From contig JBBRSL010000001.1 of the NCBI GenBank assembly GCA_038245435.1, positions 1 through 59,897 on the forward strand: a stretch of DNA of 59,897 nucleotides, written 5' to 3'. The position numbers and the translations under genes were made by a program. Of the stretch, positions 53,797 through 59,897 are shown one piece after another. The DNA comes from Candidatus Saccharimonadales bacterium. GTDB taxonomy: Bacteria > Patescibacteriota > Saccharimonadia > Saccharimonadales > CAIOMD01. The notes beneath the pieces were generated by a model. It was given only the letters and a program-made list of their open reading frames with translations, made no database searches and had not been told where the DNA came from. Within the stretch, counting starts at the first letter, position 1. Every line of letters begins with the position of its first letter.

Positions 53797-54582
53797 ATGC
53801 AAAAATTACGGCTAGACTATTTTGTAAATAAAATTGGGCTCGCCGAAACACGCAGTCAAGCTGAAAACTATATAAAACTTGGCTATATTACCGTTGATGG
53901 CCAAGTTGTTACAAAACCTGGTTATTTTGTGCGCTCTGATGCTCAAATACGTAATATTCAAAGCCAAAAGTACGTGGGCAGGGCAGGCTTAAAGCTGGCG
54001 AGTGTTGCAGAGGCGCTCAAGCTCAAGCTCAAGTTTAAAGGTAAAATAGTGCTTGATGTCGGCAGTAGTACTGGTGGTTTTACCGATTATGCGCTGCAAA
54101 ATGGGGCTACAAAAGTTTTTGCAGTTGATGTAGGCACAAATCAGCTGCACCCAAGCTTGCACGGTAATCCAAAGATAGAACTTCATGAAAAAACCAACAT
54201 CTTAGATGTTGGGAGTTTGGAGTTAGGAGCTAGAACCGATAAGCGCCAACTCCCAACTCTGAGCTCCCAAATTCTAATTCCTGTGCCCGATATCATTGTT
54301 ATCGATGTGAGCTTTGTGAGCTTACGAGAATTATTACCCCATATTGCAAGCTTAAGTGGGCCAAAAACACTGATTGTTGCCATGGTTAAGCCACAATTTG
54401 AGGCTGGAGCGGCCACTAAACACAAGGGCGTGATTAAAAATGATTCGGTGCGCCGCGATATTATGAAAGATTTTGAACTGTGGGCTAAGCAACACTTTAC
54501 GATCCTGGATAAAGCCGATTCAGACGTAACTGGTGCCAAAGGTAACCGCGAGCGCTTTTACCTCTTAAAAATTATAAAGTAA
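53797..54582 (+). CDS. tlyA: TlyA-family rRNA (cytidine-2'-O)-methyltransferase carrying a 21-aa in-frame insertion
   Basis: ATG at 53797 follows AGAGG. N-terminal S4 domain (RLDYFVNKIGLAETRSQAENYIKLGYITVDG), the SAM motif VLDVGSSTGGFTD and DVSFVSL. The upstream ORF extension from 53713 is unsupported. Confidence 0.8.
   Translation: MQKLRLDYFVNKIGLAETRSQAENYIKLGYITVDGQVVTKPGYFVRSDAQIRNIQSQKYVGRAGLKLASVAEALKLKLKFKGKIVLDVGSSTGGFTDYALQNGATKVFAVDVGTNQLHPSLHGNPKIELHEKTNILDVGSLELGARTDKRQLPTLSSQILIPVPDIIVIDVSFVSLRELLPHIASLSGPKTLIVAMVKPQFEAGAATKHKGVIKNDSVRRDIMKDFELWAKQHFTILDKADSDVTGAKGNRERFYLLKIIK
54208..54270 (+). repeat. 63-nt imperfect palindrome inside the tlyA coding sequence
   Basis: Positions 54209-54231 pair with 54270-54248 as 18 Watson-Crick pairs, 3 G.U pairs and 2 mismatches. 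The arms are heptad words (ttgggag tttggag ttaggag / ccaactc ccaactc tgagctc ccaa). It encodes VGSLELGARTDKRQLPTLSSQ. Confidence 0.8.
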
Positions 54583-54585
54583 GAC

Positions 54586-54614
54586 TTTACAAAAATTGGC
54601 AAAAGTGTTATAAT
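54586..54614 (+). promoter_or_regulatory. promoter TTTACA-17-TATAAT facing GC-rich island 2
   Basis: Hexamers at 54586-54591 and 54609-54614 in AT-rich DNA, 4 nt after the tlyA stop. Confidence 0.55.
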
Positions 54615-54719
54615 TCGCCCAAGTTCTGTGGTCTAAGTGCCCTCGCAATCCAGCGTTGACCTACCATAAACAGAACCTTTCCAATTCGCTCTACAACAGA
54701 TCCCTAGAAGGGGGACATT

Positions 54720-56234
54720 GTGAACCGTTTCACCAAAAGGGTGGTAGTGGGCCTTGTGTTCGCTGCGCTCTTGTTTGGGTCTGGTGCAGCTTTGGCTGCT
54801 CCGGTTCAGGCTGCGACGTACGACCCGTCATTCGTGACGGCTAGCTACAGCAACCCTGTGTGTCTAAGCGGGGTACTCGACAACGACTCGACCGTCACGA
54901 GCTTCAACGCTCCTGGCGGGTTCGAGTCCATCACGTTCAGTCTTGACGGTGTAGCTCTCCCGGGCTACCCGTACGCACTCGCCACGGGTACGGAAGTTCG
55001 TTTCGACGATGTTGTCCCTGCCAATACGCTTGTGGGCAACCACACGCTGACGGTCGACAACTTCGGGTTCACGCTGGCGACCTACCCGTTCACGCTCGCT
55101 GAGCCCTGTGTGGCGGTCAGCCCGTCTGACTTCACGGCCAACCTCGACACTCAGTTCACTAGTCCTGACGGTTCGTTCGGACAGGTCCTTGAGCTCGGTA
55201 ACTTCAGTGAGGCCTCGCGCCAAGCTGTAGTCTGGGTGAACGATGTCCTGGTCTGGGCGCCTGTCTTGGCGGTGGGAGACTTCCCGACGTTCAAGCTGTC
55301 CATCCCGACCTGTCAGGCTTACAGCGTGAAGGTGAGTTTCGGGTTCCCCGATCTCGCTCTCGACACTGCTCAGCCCGCCTACGGGTGCAACACAGTCGAC
55401 GCCGCGAACTTCGTGGTTACGCCGAAGTCACCGGTTTGCTCAGTAGCCGTTCCGACACAGGAAACCTCCGTCACAAGTGCAGACCCTGTCTCTCGCTTTG
55501 TGAAGGTGACCTACGGCAACGGCGGTTACGAGTACACCGCATCTGGCACGATGGCGCAAGGTGAGATGCGTTCGTTCGTGGGGCAACTCCCCCCGGGCGA
55601 GGCGTATCGCATCTTCGTCTACGTTGATGACGAGCTTGTGTATAACCAGCTCCAGCCAGCGTTCAGTTGCGGCACGCCTCCAGTGCGACTGACTGGTCCG
55701 AGTATCTCGGGCAGGGCACAGGTTGGGTACGTCCTGACCTGCAACGTGTCGTACTCCGGTACGGCTCCGGTCATGGCTGCGTACAGGTGGTACCTCAACG
55801 GTGTGTTGACGGCGGGTTCATCCCGCACGCTCACGCTCACCGCTACCCACTACAACAAGCGGCTTGCTTGCGCATCCAGCGCCAGTAACGGCTTCGGTAG
55901 TGCACCATCCGCAACCAGCGCAGCCAGTGCTGTTGTGGTCCTCGGTTCGGCACTCAAGATCGTCGGTACCTACTACCCGAAGGTCACTGGCACAGTCCGG
56001 GTTGGCAAGACGGTCAAGGCGTATGTCGGCAAGTGGACTCCCGCTCCGACAAAGTACTTGTATCAGTGGTACAAGTACAGTGGCGGCAGGTGGGTGGCCA
56101 TCAAGTACGCGACCAAGTACTACTACGTCATTCCTCGGGCTCTGAAGGGCTACAAGATCGCTGTTCGCGTGACGGCTCTTAAGCCGGGCTATGCGAGCGG
56201 CGTTCGACTTTCTGCTGGCGTCCACGTTGGCTGA
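54720..56234 (+). CDS. secreted beta-rich protein with two C-terminal Ig-like repeats, GC-rich foreign gene
   Basis: GTG follows GAAGGGGGA. Signal peptide MNRFTKRVVVGLVFAALLFGSGAALAAPVQA-AT. There are Cys-delimited modules and two copies of the P.I.G...VG..L....G.W.....Y.W...G pattern (about 55695-55935 and 55971-56220). G/C dominates third codon positions. Confidence 0.65.
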   Translation: MNRFTKRVVVGLVFAALLFGSGAALAAPVQAATYDPSFVTASYSNPVCLSGVLDNDSTVTSFNAPGGFESITFSLDGVALPGYPYALATGTEVRFDDVVPANTLVGNHTLTVDNFGFTLATYPFTLAEPCVAVSPSDFTANLDTQFTSPDGSFGQVLELGNFSEASRQAVVWVNDVLVWAPVLAVGDFPTFKLSIPTCQAYSVKVSFGFPDLALDTAQPAYGCNTVDAANFVVTPKSPVCSVAVPTQETSVTSADPVSRFVKVTYGNGGYEYTASGTMAQGEMRSFVGQLPPGEAYRIFVYVDDELVYNQLQPAFSCGTPPVRLTGPSISGRAQVGYVLTCNVSYSGTAPVMAAYRWYLNGVLTAGSSRTLTLTATHYNKRLACASSASNGFGSAPSATSAASAVVVLGSALKIVGTYYPKVTGTVRVGKTVKAYVGKWTPAPTKYLYQWYKYSGGRWVAIKYATKYYYVIPRALKGYKIAVRVTALKPGYASGVRLSAGVHVG

Positions 56235-56260
56235 GTAGTCCTCTGATGTAGAGCGAATGA

Positions 56261-56328
56261 GCCCTAGTGTGGCGCAGAGTGTGGTCTCCGGTAATCCAAC
56301 CGTAGCTCTCTCTGCGCCCACTAGGGCG
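56261..56328 (+). repeat. 18-19 bp GC-rich inverted repeat at the right edge of island 2
   Basis: gccctagtgtggcgcagag (56261-56279) and ctctgcgcccactagggc (56311-56328) give 18 bp with one bulge and a loop of about 30 nt, followed by ccaactttt. Confidence 0.7.
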
Positions 56329-56349
56329 CTCCAACTTTTGCATGCAAGC

Positions 56350-56375
56350 CCCCTGATTTAACAGGGGTATTTTTT
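56350..56375 (+). terminator. intrinsic terminator (native low-GC type)
   Basis: cccctg-atttaa-cagggg followed by tatttttt. Confidence 0.65.
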
Positions 56376-56459
56376 ATATCTAAAATTCTTGCTAATTGAC
56401 AAAACGCTCGTAAAGTGCTAGTGTATATACAAGGTAATTAAAACAAAAAAAGAGTAACA

Positions 56460-56903
56460 ATGCCACAAGAACAAGTAGCTTCACCAGAACGAATATCATT
56501 AGCAGAGATAACAACTAAGCTAATGGCTGATGTTGAGTCGCACAAAGATACAACTGAAAAAATAGTTACCAAAGAAGCAGATGGAACTTTTACCAGTTTT
56601 AAGCTAGATACAAAAGGGCATTCAATCGAATGCACCCAGCTTGATGATGGCGCAGAGCAGTGGCAAGTTGTCGGTGTTCAAAATGTTTCAATTGGCAAAG
56701 ATGTATGGGATAGATACCCTCATGCTACAACCTATAAAGTCGAAGCAATTGCTCATGACGGTAAAGTTCTGTTGCGCGAAGTGGTAAGTGGCCTTGTTGA
56801 CGGCAGGCCTCATACCGAAAAAATAACTGCCGAAACAGACGAACAACGCTCACCACTCTATGATGTACTTATAGATGCTACCCAAGCACTTAAGGCTAGC
56901 TAA
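56460..56903 (+). CDS. hypothetical protein (orphan block gene 1)
   Basis: 147 aa, acidic, no TM segment and no recognised domain. Confidence 0.5.
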   Translation: MPQEQVASPERISLAEITTKLMADVESHKDTTEKIVTKEADGTFTSFKLDTKGHSIECTQLDDGAEQWQVVGVQNVSIGKDVWDRYPHATTYKVEAIAHDGKVLLREVVSGLVDGRPHTEKITAETDEQRSPLYDVLIDATQALKAS

Positions 56904-56907
56904 AATT

Positions 56908-57552
56908 ATGAGCCACGAACTACCCCCCAAGCAGCGCGAACAAGCGCTTCAGTTCAATAAATTTATACTTGATAACTATGTACCGGTACTACGGGATATC
57001 GCAAGTGCAGGTAACATTAACCAAGAGTCGACTGATGGTTGCGATAAGTACCTATCGGTTGTACTTGCAAATGGCGACTACTATTCTGTGGGTGTTACTG
57101 ATATCACACAGTATGTACCGGGTAAGGGCGGGCCTCATACTGAAATTGAAATAATGCGTTTACTCGAGCAAGCTGACGGTACTCCGTATGAAACATTGCG
57201 TCAGTATTCATATGATTCTATATTTTCCACAAGAGTAATTACCACCAGGACCGCAAAAGTTGATGAAGATAAACCGGGCAATTCGCTTGGTATTTCATCG
57301 GTGGATGACCCCAAAGAAACATTATTGCTGTTTGGGCAATTTGCTACAATTACCGATACGGGTGATGTAGCCCAGACTTGTGAAATCATTGATGCAGGGC
57401 CGGCAACAGAGCTTTTATACAAGCATGAAAAAGAAAAAGAAAAACTATTTAGAAAAATAGAGCTTCTTAAAAAACACCGTTCCCCAAGACTCAAGAAACC
57501 ACTTCTCGACAGAATTATGGGCGAAAACGGGAACAGCTGGAACTGGAAATAA
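56908..57552 (+). CDS. hypothetical protein (orphan block gene 2)
   Basis: ATG at 56908 lies 4 nt after the previous stop. 214 aa. The N-terminus MSHELPPKQRE resembles MSHETNNKRE of CDS 33570. Lys/Arg-rich C-terminal tail. Confidence 0.5.
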   Translation: MSHELPPKQREQALQFNKFILDNYVPVLRDIASAGNINQESTDGCDKYLSVVLANGDYYSVGVTDITQYVPGKGGPHTEIEIMRLLEQADGTPYETLRQYSYDSIFSTRVITTRTAKVDEDKPGNSLGISSVDDPKETLLLFGQFATITDTGDVAQTCEIIDAGPATELLYKHEKEKEKLFRKIELLKKHRSPRLKKPLLDRIMGENGNSWNWK

Positions 57553-57592
57553 TCAGCCTAGTATTTCAATAAATTTACTGCAGAATAAAAGT

Positions 57593-58159
57593 ATGTCGCT
57601 TAATCAACAAAATCCTCTTAATGCACGCACACCAGAAGCAATAGAGTACGATGAGCTACTCGTTCAGTCAGCGCAAAATTTTTTGATTGGGCTTGGCTTG
57701 GTTGCGCAGCATGCACGTAAGCAGGGCTTGGTATTTGAATCGCGCGGCTCTGATGACGATAAGCTTGTATACGTCGCGACACCAGCCGGCAATACTGGCT
57801 TAGTTCGGGTAAGCCATGCACAGAATAGGCTTGGCTACAGCCTATGGTCGCCCGTGAGAGGTGGTATATATAGTCGCAACAACACTGTTTATTATGAAAC
57901 CATTGAAGCAGCCGTTGACGGTTCAAGAATTATTGTAAATCGAAATCCGTACCCTGGCGAAAATACTGTTTTGCCTCGTAGAGTTGAAGTCGATGATATA
58001 TACAAATCACGAATGCTAGAGTTGCTCGTAACAGACATGCAACCTATTGGGCAGCGTGAGTTTTCGCAGCTACTTGAAGTGAATATTAAAAGCGAACGAG
58101 CCGTGCGCGAAAAAAGTGCCGGATCAAAAATGGCGCGTTTTTTTGGCCGTAAAAGATAG
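57593..58159 (+). CDS. hypothetical protein (orphan block gene 3)
   Basis: 188 aa. The C-terminus is basic: ...KSAGSKMARFFGRKR. Confidence 0.5.
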   Translation: MSLNQQNPLNARTPEAIEYDELLVQSAQNFLIGLGLVAQHARKQGLVFESRGSDDDKLVYVATPAGNTGLVRVSHAQNRLGYSLWSPVRGGIYSRNNTVYYETIEAAVDGSRIIVNRNPYPGENTVLPRRVEVDDIYKSRMLELLVTDMQPIGQREFSQLLEVNIKSERAVREKSAGSKMARFFGRKR

Positions 58160-58218
58160 CCATTAGTAGAATCATTTACCACATAGCGCTACAATAGGCG
58201 GTATCTTAAAAGTTACCC

Positions 58219-58845
58219 ATGGATTTTGAATCAAACAGAAATGAATTTGCGCAAGAAACTCTTGCAAGTAATCGGCTGCAGCAAGCAATCGCAGGTGTAT
58301 TTGTTGAATCTGCCGAAAAGCTTGTAACGAACCCTACTATTGAAACGTTTTACCGACGTGGTAAAACTGATAGGCAAGCGGTTTGCCAGTTTGATAACGG
58401 GCTACACTACCTTATTCATTACGAAGAAGAAACCCGCAAACAACAAGTCTTTTATTGGCGTATTAAAATTGAATCACTTGATACCGAACGGTTAACGCAT
58501 CACTATAATTCGCTCATTACCGAAGAAGCAGTCGTGCTTTCAAACCAGGGTTTGCCTCACTTGTTTCGTGATGGGCCTGTTCCGAATGAGAGAATGCAAC
58601 TGCCTTTTTTGTTTCCATATGGTGATATTTCCACAGCCGAATCGCTTGAGGAGCTAAGGCAAGGAATTCAATCGAGTTATGTGTGGCCTTTAGATGCGAC
58701 CAAAAAGTTGCTAAAGCAGCGCAAGGCTGAGGATGAATGGGAGCTGCGAAAAACTGTTTGCCACAGTATAGGCGGCCACGTTTTATTTATGGCAGGTGTT
58801 AAATTTCGGCTTTTCAAAACAAATATGTTTAAAAACGGTAGTTAA
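58219..58845 (+). CDS. hypothetical protein (orphan block gene 4)
   Basis: 208 aa. The C-terminus is basic and hydrophobic: ...VKFRLFKTNMFKNGS. Confidence 0.5.
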   Translation: MDFESNRNEFAQETLASNRLQQAIAGVFVESAEKLVTNPTIETFYRRGKTDRQAVCQFDNGLHYLIHYEEETRKQQVFYWRIKIESLDTERLTHHYNSLITEEAVVLSNQGLPHLFRDGPVPNERMQLPFLFPYGDISTAESLEELRQGIQSSYVWPLDATKKLLKQRKAEDEWELRKTVCHSIGGHVLFMAGVKFRLFKTNMFKNGS

Positions 58846-58871
58846 AAGCAGAGCTAAACAGTGCTATAAAC

Positions 58872-58900
58872 TTTACATAAAGTATTATTTGTGGTATAAA
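58872..58900 (+). promoter_or_regulatory. promoter TTTACA-17-TATAAA with TG extension, facing GC-rich island 3
   Basis: Hexamers at 58872-58877 and 58895-58900, with TGG immediately before the -10. Confidence 0.5.
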
Positions 58901-58940
58901 TAACGAGTTACGCTTTGTAAGTGGAGCGTAAAGTACAGAG

Positions 58941-58966
58941 CACCCGGAAATACCGGGTGTTTGTTT
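58941..58966 (+). terminator. terminator-like hairpin inside the leader of the island 3 gene (or terminator of the orphan block)
   Basis: cacccgg-aaata-ccgggtg followed by tttgttt. It is preceded by a second hairpin, ttacgct-ttgtaagtgg-agcgtaa (58913-58936). Confidence 0.55.
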
Positions 58967-58989
58967 CCATCGGAAGGATGTGAAGCCCC

Positions 58990-59897
58990 GTGCAGGGCAG
59001 CATCAAGAGAGAGAACCGGCGCTTGACGCCGGCTCGGCTGATCAGCGCGCTCCTCGGGGCCCTGCTGGTCATGACTGGAGGTGCGATGGTTATCGCAGCT
59101 CCGGCCAGTGCAACGACGCTCGCGTCGTCGTTCGTGCGTGACAGCGCGAACTGCAACGCAGGTGTTCTGACCATTGCAGGTGCAACTTCGAGCTCGACGC
59201 TCGACGCTGTCATCTCCTGGCAGTACAACTCGAACACCGTGAGCTCCGAGTACCTCGGAACAGGCGGTTCTGGCTCCAGCTGGAGCCACATGTTCGATGT
59301 CTCTGCCGACATGAAGGTGTTCCCGGTGACTGCTTTCAACATGACCGTCAAGGTCTTCGATGAGGGCGGCAACCCCGTGCTCGACGAGGTCGTTTCGGTC
59401 GCCGGCTGTGGCACGCCGCCGACTGTCGACTACGCCGCCGTGACCGGTTACGCGCCGTTCTCGAGTGACGCCAATCACCCTGGCTACTGGGGAGCCGACT
59501 GTGTCAAGGTCGACAACCCGGGCGGGAGCACCTACGTGCTGCCGGCCGGTACCTACAGCAAGGTGATCGTCAAGGCGGGTGCCAACGAGCAGGGCAACTA
59601 TGCCAACACGATCTTCGCCGCGCCTCCCAAGGCCGGACAGACTGTGTGGGCAGACAGCAACGGGAACGGTGTATTCGACGAAAGCGACAAGACGATTTCA
59701 CACGTGATCATGTGTGCAGCCGAGTCCTCGCCCACGCCGACGCCGACGGAGACCACTCCGACCCCGACGCCGACAGTGACGACGCCCACGCCGACGCCGA
59801 CGGAGACCACTCCGACCCCGACGCCGACAGTGACGACGCCCACGCCGACGCCGACGGAGACCACTCCGACCCCGACGCCGACAGTGACGACGCCCAC
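58990..59897 (+). CDS. secreted protein with Thr/Pro-rich tandem repeats, GC-rich foreign gene, 3' end outside window (not in ORF track)
   Basis: My own translation from GTG 58990 reads VQGSIKRENRRLTPARLISALLGALLVMTGGAMVIAAPASA-TTLASSFVRDSANCNAG...VAGCGTPPTVDY...HPGYWGADCVKVDNPGG...SSPTPTPTETTPTPTPTVTT repeated. The frame stays open to the window end. The listed minus-strand ORFs here are antisense artefacts. Confidence 0.7.
   Translation, partial: MQGSIKRENRRLTPARLISALLGALLVMTGGAMVIAAPASATTLASSFVRDSANCNAGVLTIAGATSSSTLDAVISWQYNSNTVSSEYLGTGGSGSSWSHMFDVSADMKVFPVTAFNMTVKVFDEGGNPVLDEVVSVAGCGTPPTVDYAAVTGYAPFSSDANHPGYWGADCVKVDNPGGSTYVLPAGTYSKVIVKAGANEQGNYANTIFAAPPKAGQTVWADSNGNGVFDESDKTISHVIMCAAESSPTPTPTETTPTPTPTVTTPTPTPTETTPTPTPTVTTPTPTPTETTPTPTPTVTTP
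59731..59897 (+). repeat. perfect 54-bp tandem repeat (at least 3 copies, continues past window)
   Basis: The unit cccacgccgacgccgacggagaccactccgaccccgacgccgacagtgacgacg starts at 59731, 59785, 59839 and 59893. Copies are identical and in frame, encoding PTPTPTETTPTPTPTVTT. Confidence 0.9.

Noticed and set aside
55818-56321. 167-aa minus-strand ORF, and other internal ORFs in both orientations, within island 2
   Set aside because: This is the same antisense artefact of GC-rich coding DNA. The plus-strand frame has an RBS, a signal peptide and repeated domains.
196-56330. GC-rich islands 1 and 2 as assembly chimeras or contamination
   Set aside because: Both are bounded on both sides by low-GC sequence inside one contiguous window. 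Native promoters abut their 5' ends and native terminators or genes resume at their 3' ends. This still needs read-level confirmation. For island 3, which runs off the window, a chimera cannot be excluded.
58885-59897. Minus-strand ORFs 58885..59478, 58908..59414 and 59598..59897 (the last a VGVGV repeat)
   Set aside because: They are reverse-complement readings of the plus-strand secreted-protein gene and its Thr/Pro repeat. The plus frame is open to the window end and has a signal peptide.
59731-59897. Possible CRISPR array because of regular repeats
   Set aside because: The repeats are directly adjacent with no spacers, are 54 bp long, lie in frame inside a coding sequence, and no cas genes are present.
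1-59897. Alternative genetic code (UGA as Gly, as in some candidate phyla) or selenocysteine at msrB
   Set aside because: TGA terminates conserved proteins at their expected ends (GroEL fragment 102-104, mutM 37782-37784, Nudix 34896-34898). No conserved gene needs read-through of TGA. The msrB interruption is TAA at a non-catalytic position.
1-59897. Mobile-element hallmarks around the GC-rich islands (integrase, transposase, reverse transcriptase/DGR, tRNA-adjacent att repeats)
   Set aside because: I found none by reading the ORFs. The only tRNA (6674-6763) is not adjacent to any island, and I saw no direct repeats flanking islands 1 or 2. The mechanism of acquisition is therefore unknown.

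Overview
This window is about 59.9 kb of a compact, housekeeping-dense bacterial chromosome, mostly coded on the plus strand. Background GC is in the mid-40s % by eye (not computed). It uses the standard genetic code: TGA, TAA and TAG all end conserved proteins at the expected positions. Shine-Dalgarno sites are clear and many promoters are close to TTGACA-17-TATAAT.

Recognisable genes:
- Information processing and RNA turnover: groEL (3' end), argS, dnaG-rpoD, polA, rnhA, dut, mutM, holA, rpsT, truB, rpsO-pnp, family-4 UDG, RNase J, ftsK, rpsF-ssb-rpsR, efp, tlyA, orn.
- Other functions: PGI/PMI isomerase, a MacB-type ABC pair, tRNA-Ser(GGA), an interrupted msrB, thioredoxin-ccdA.
- A photolyase-related gene, TspO and a four-gene carotenoid operon (polyprenyl synthase, crtI, crtB, lycopene cyclase).

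There are many short orphan proteins, several with an N-terminal membrane anchor, one sortase-type sorting signal, and almost no biosynthetic genes. That profile fits a reduced-genome, Gram-positive-type lineage such as Patescibacteria/CPR (Saccharimonadia-like). This placement is inference only. I saw no rRNA, CRISPR, integrase, transposase or reverse transcriptase.

Main hunt results:
1. Three sharply GC-rich islands (about 196-2196, about 54615-56330, and about 58970 to the window end) are embedded in the low-GC background. Each sits directly behind a native-looking AT-rich promoter.
   - Island 1 encodes an orphan DGQHR/ParB-fold (DndB-like) protein plus an HTH partner.
   - Islands 2 and 3 encode secreted, actinobacterial-style proteins that share a CGTPP module boundary.
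   - Islands 2 and 3 bracket a four-gene block of orphan proteins.
2. A family of strand-asymmetric, heptad-periodic imperfect hairpins has a G/A/T-rich 5' arm and a C/A/T-rich 3' arm. Most mismatches in two members become G.U pairs only in the plus-strand RNA. The elements sit right after stop codons, and one 63-nt copy is inserted in frame inside tlyA.
3. An orphan operon (22985-25756) ends in an M15/LAS peptidase and may be a novel cell-wall module.
4. A complete lycopene-cyclase carotenoid operon sits in an otherwise minimal gene set, with a perfect palindrome over its promoter.
5. msrB is split by an in-frame TAA.
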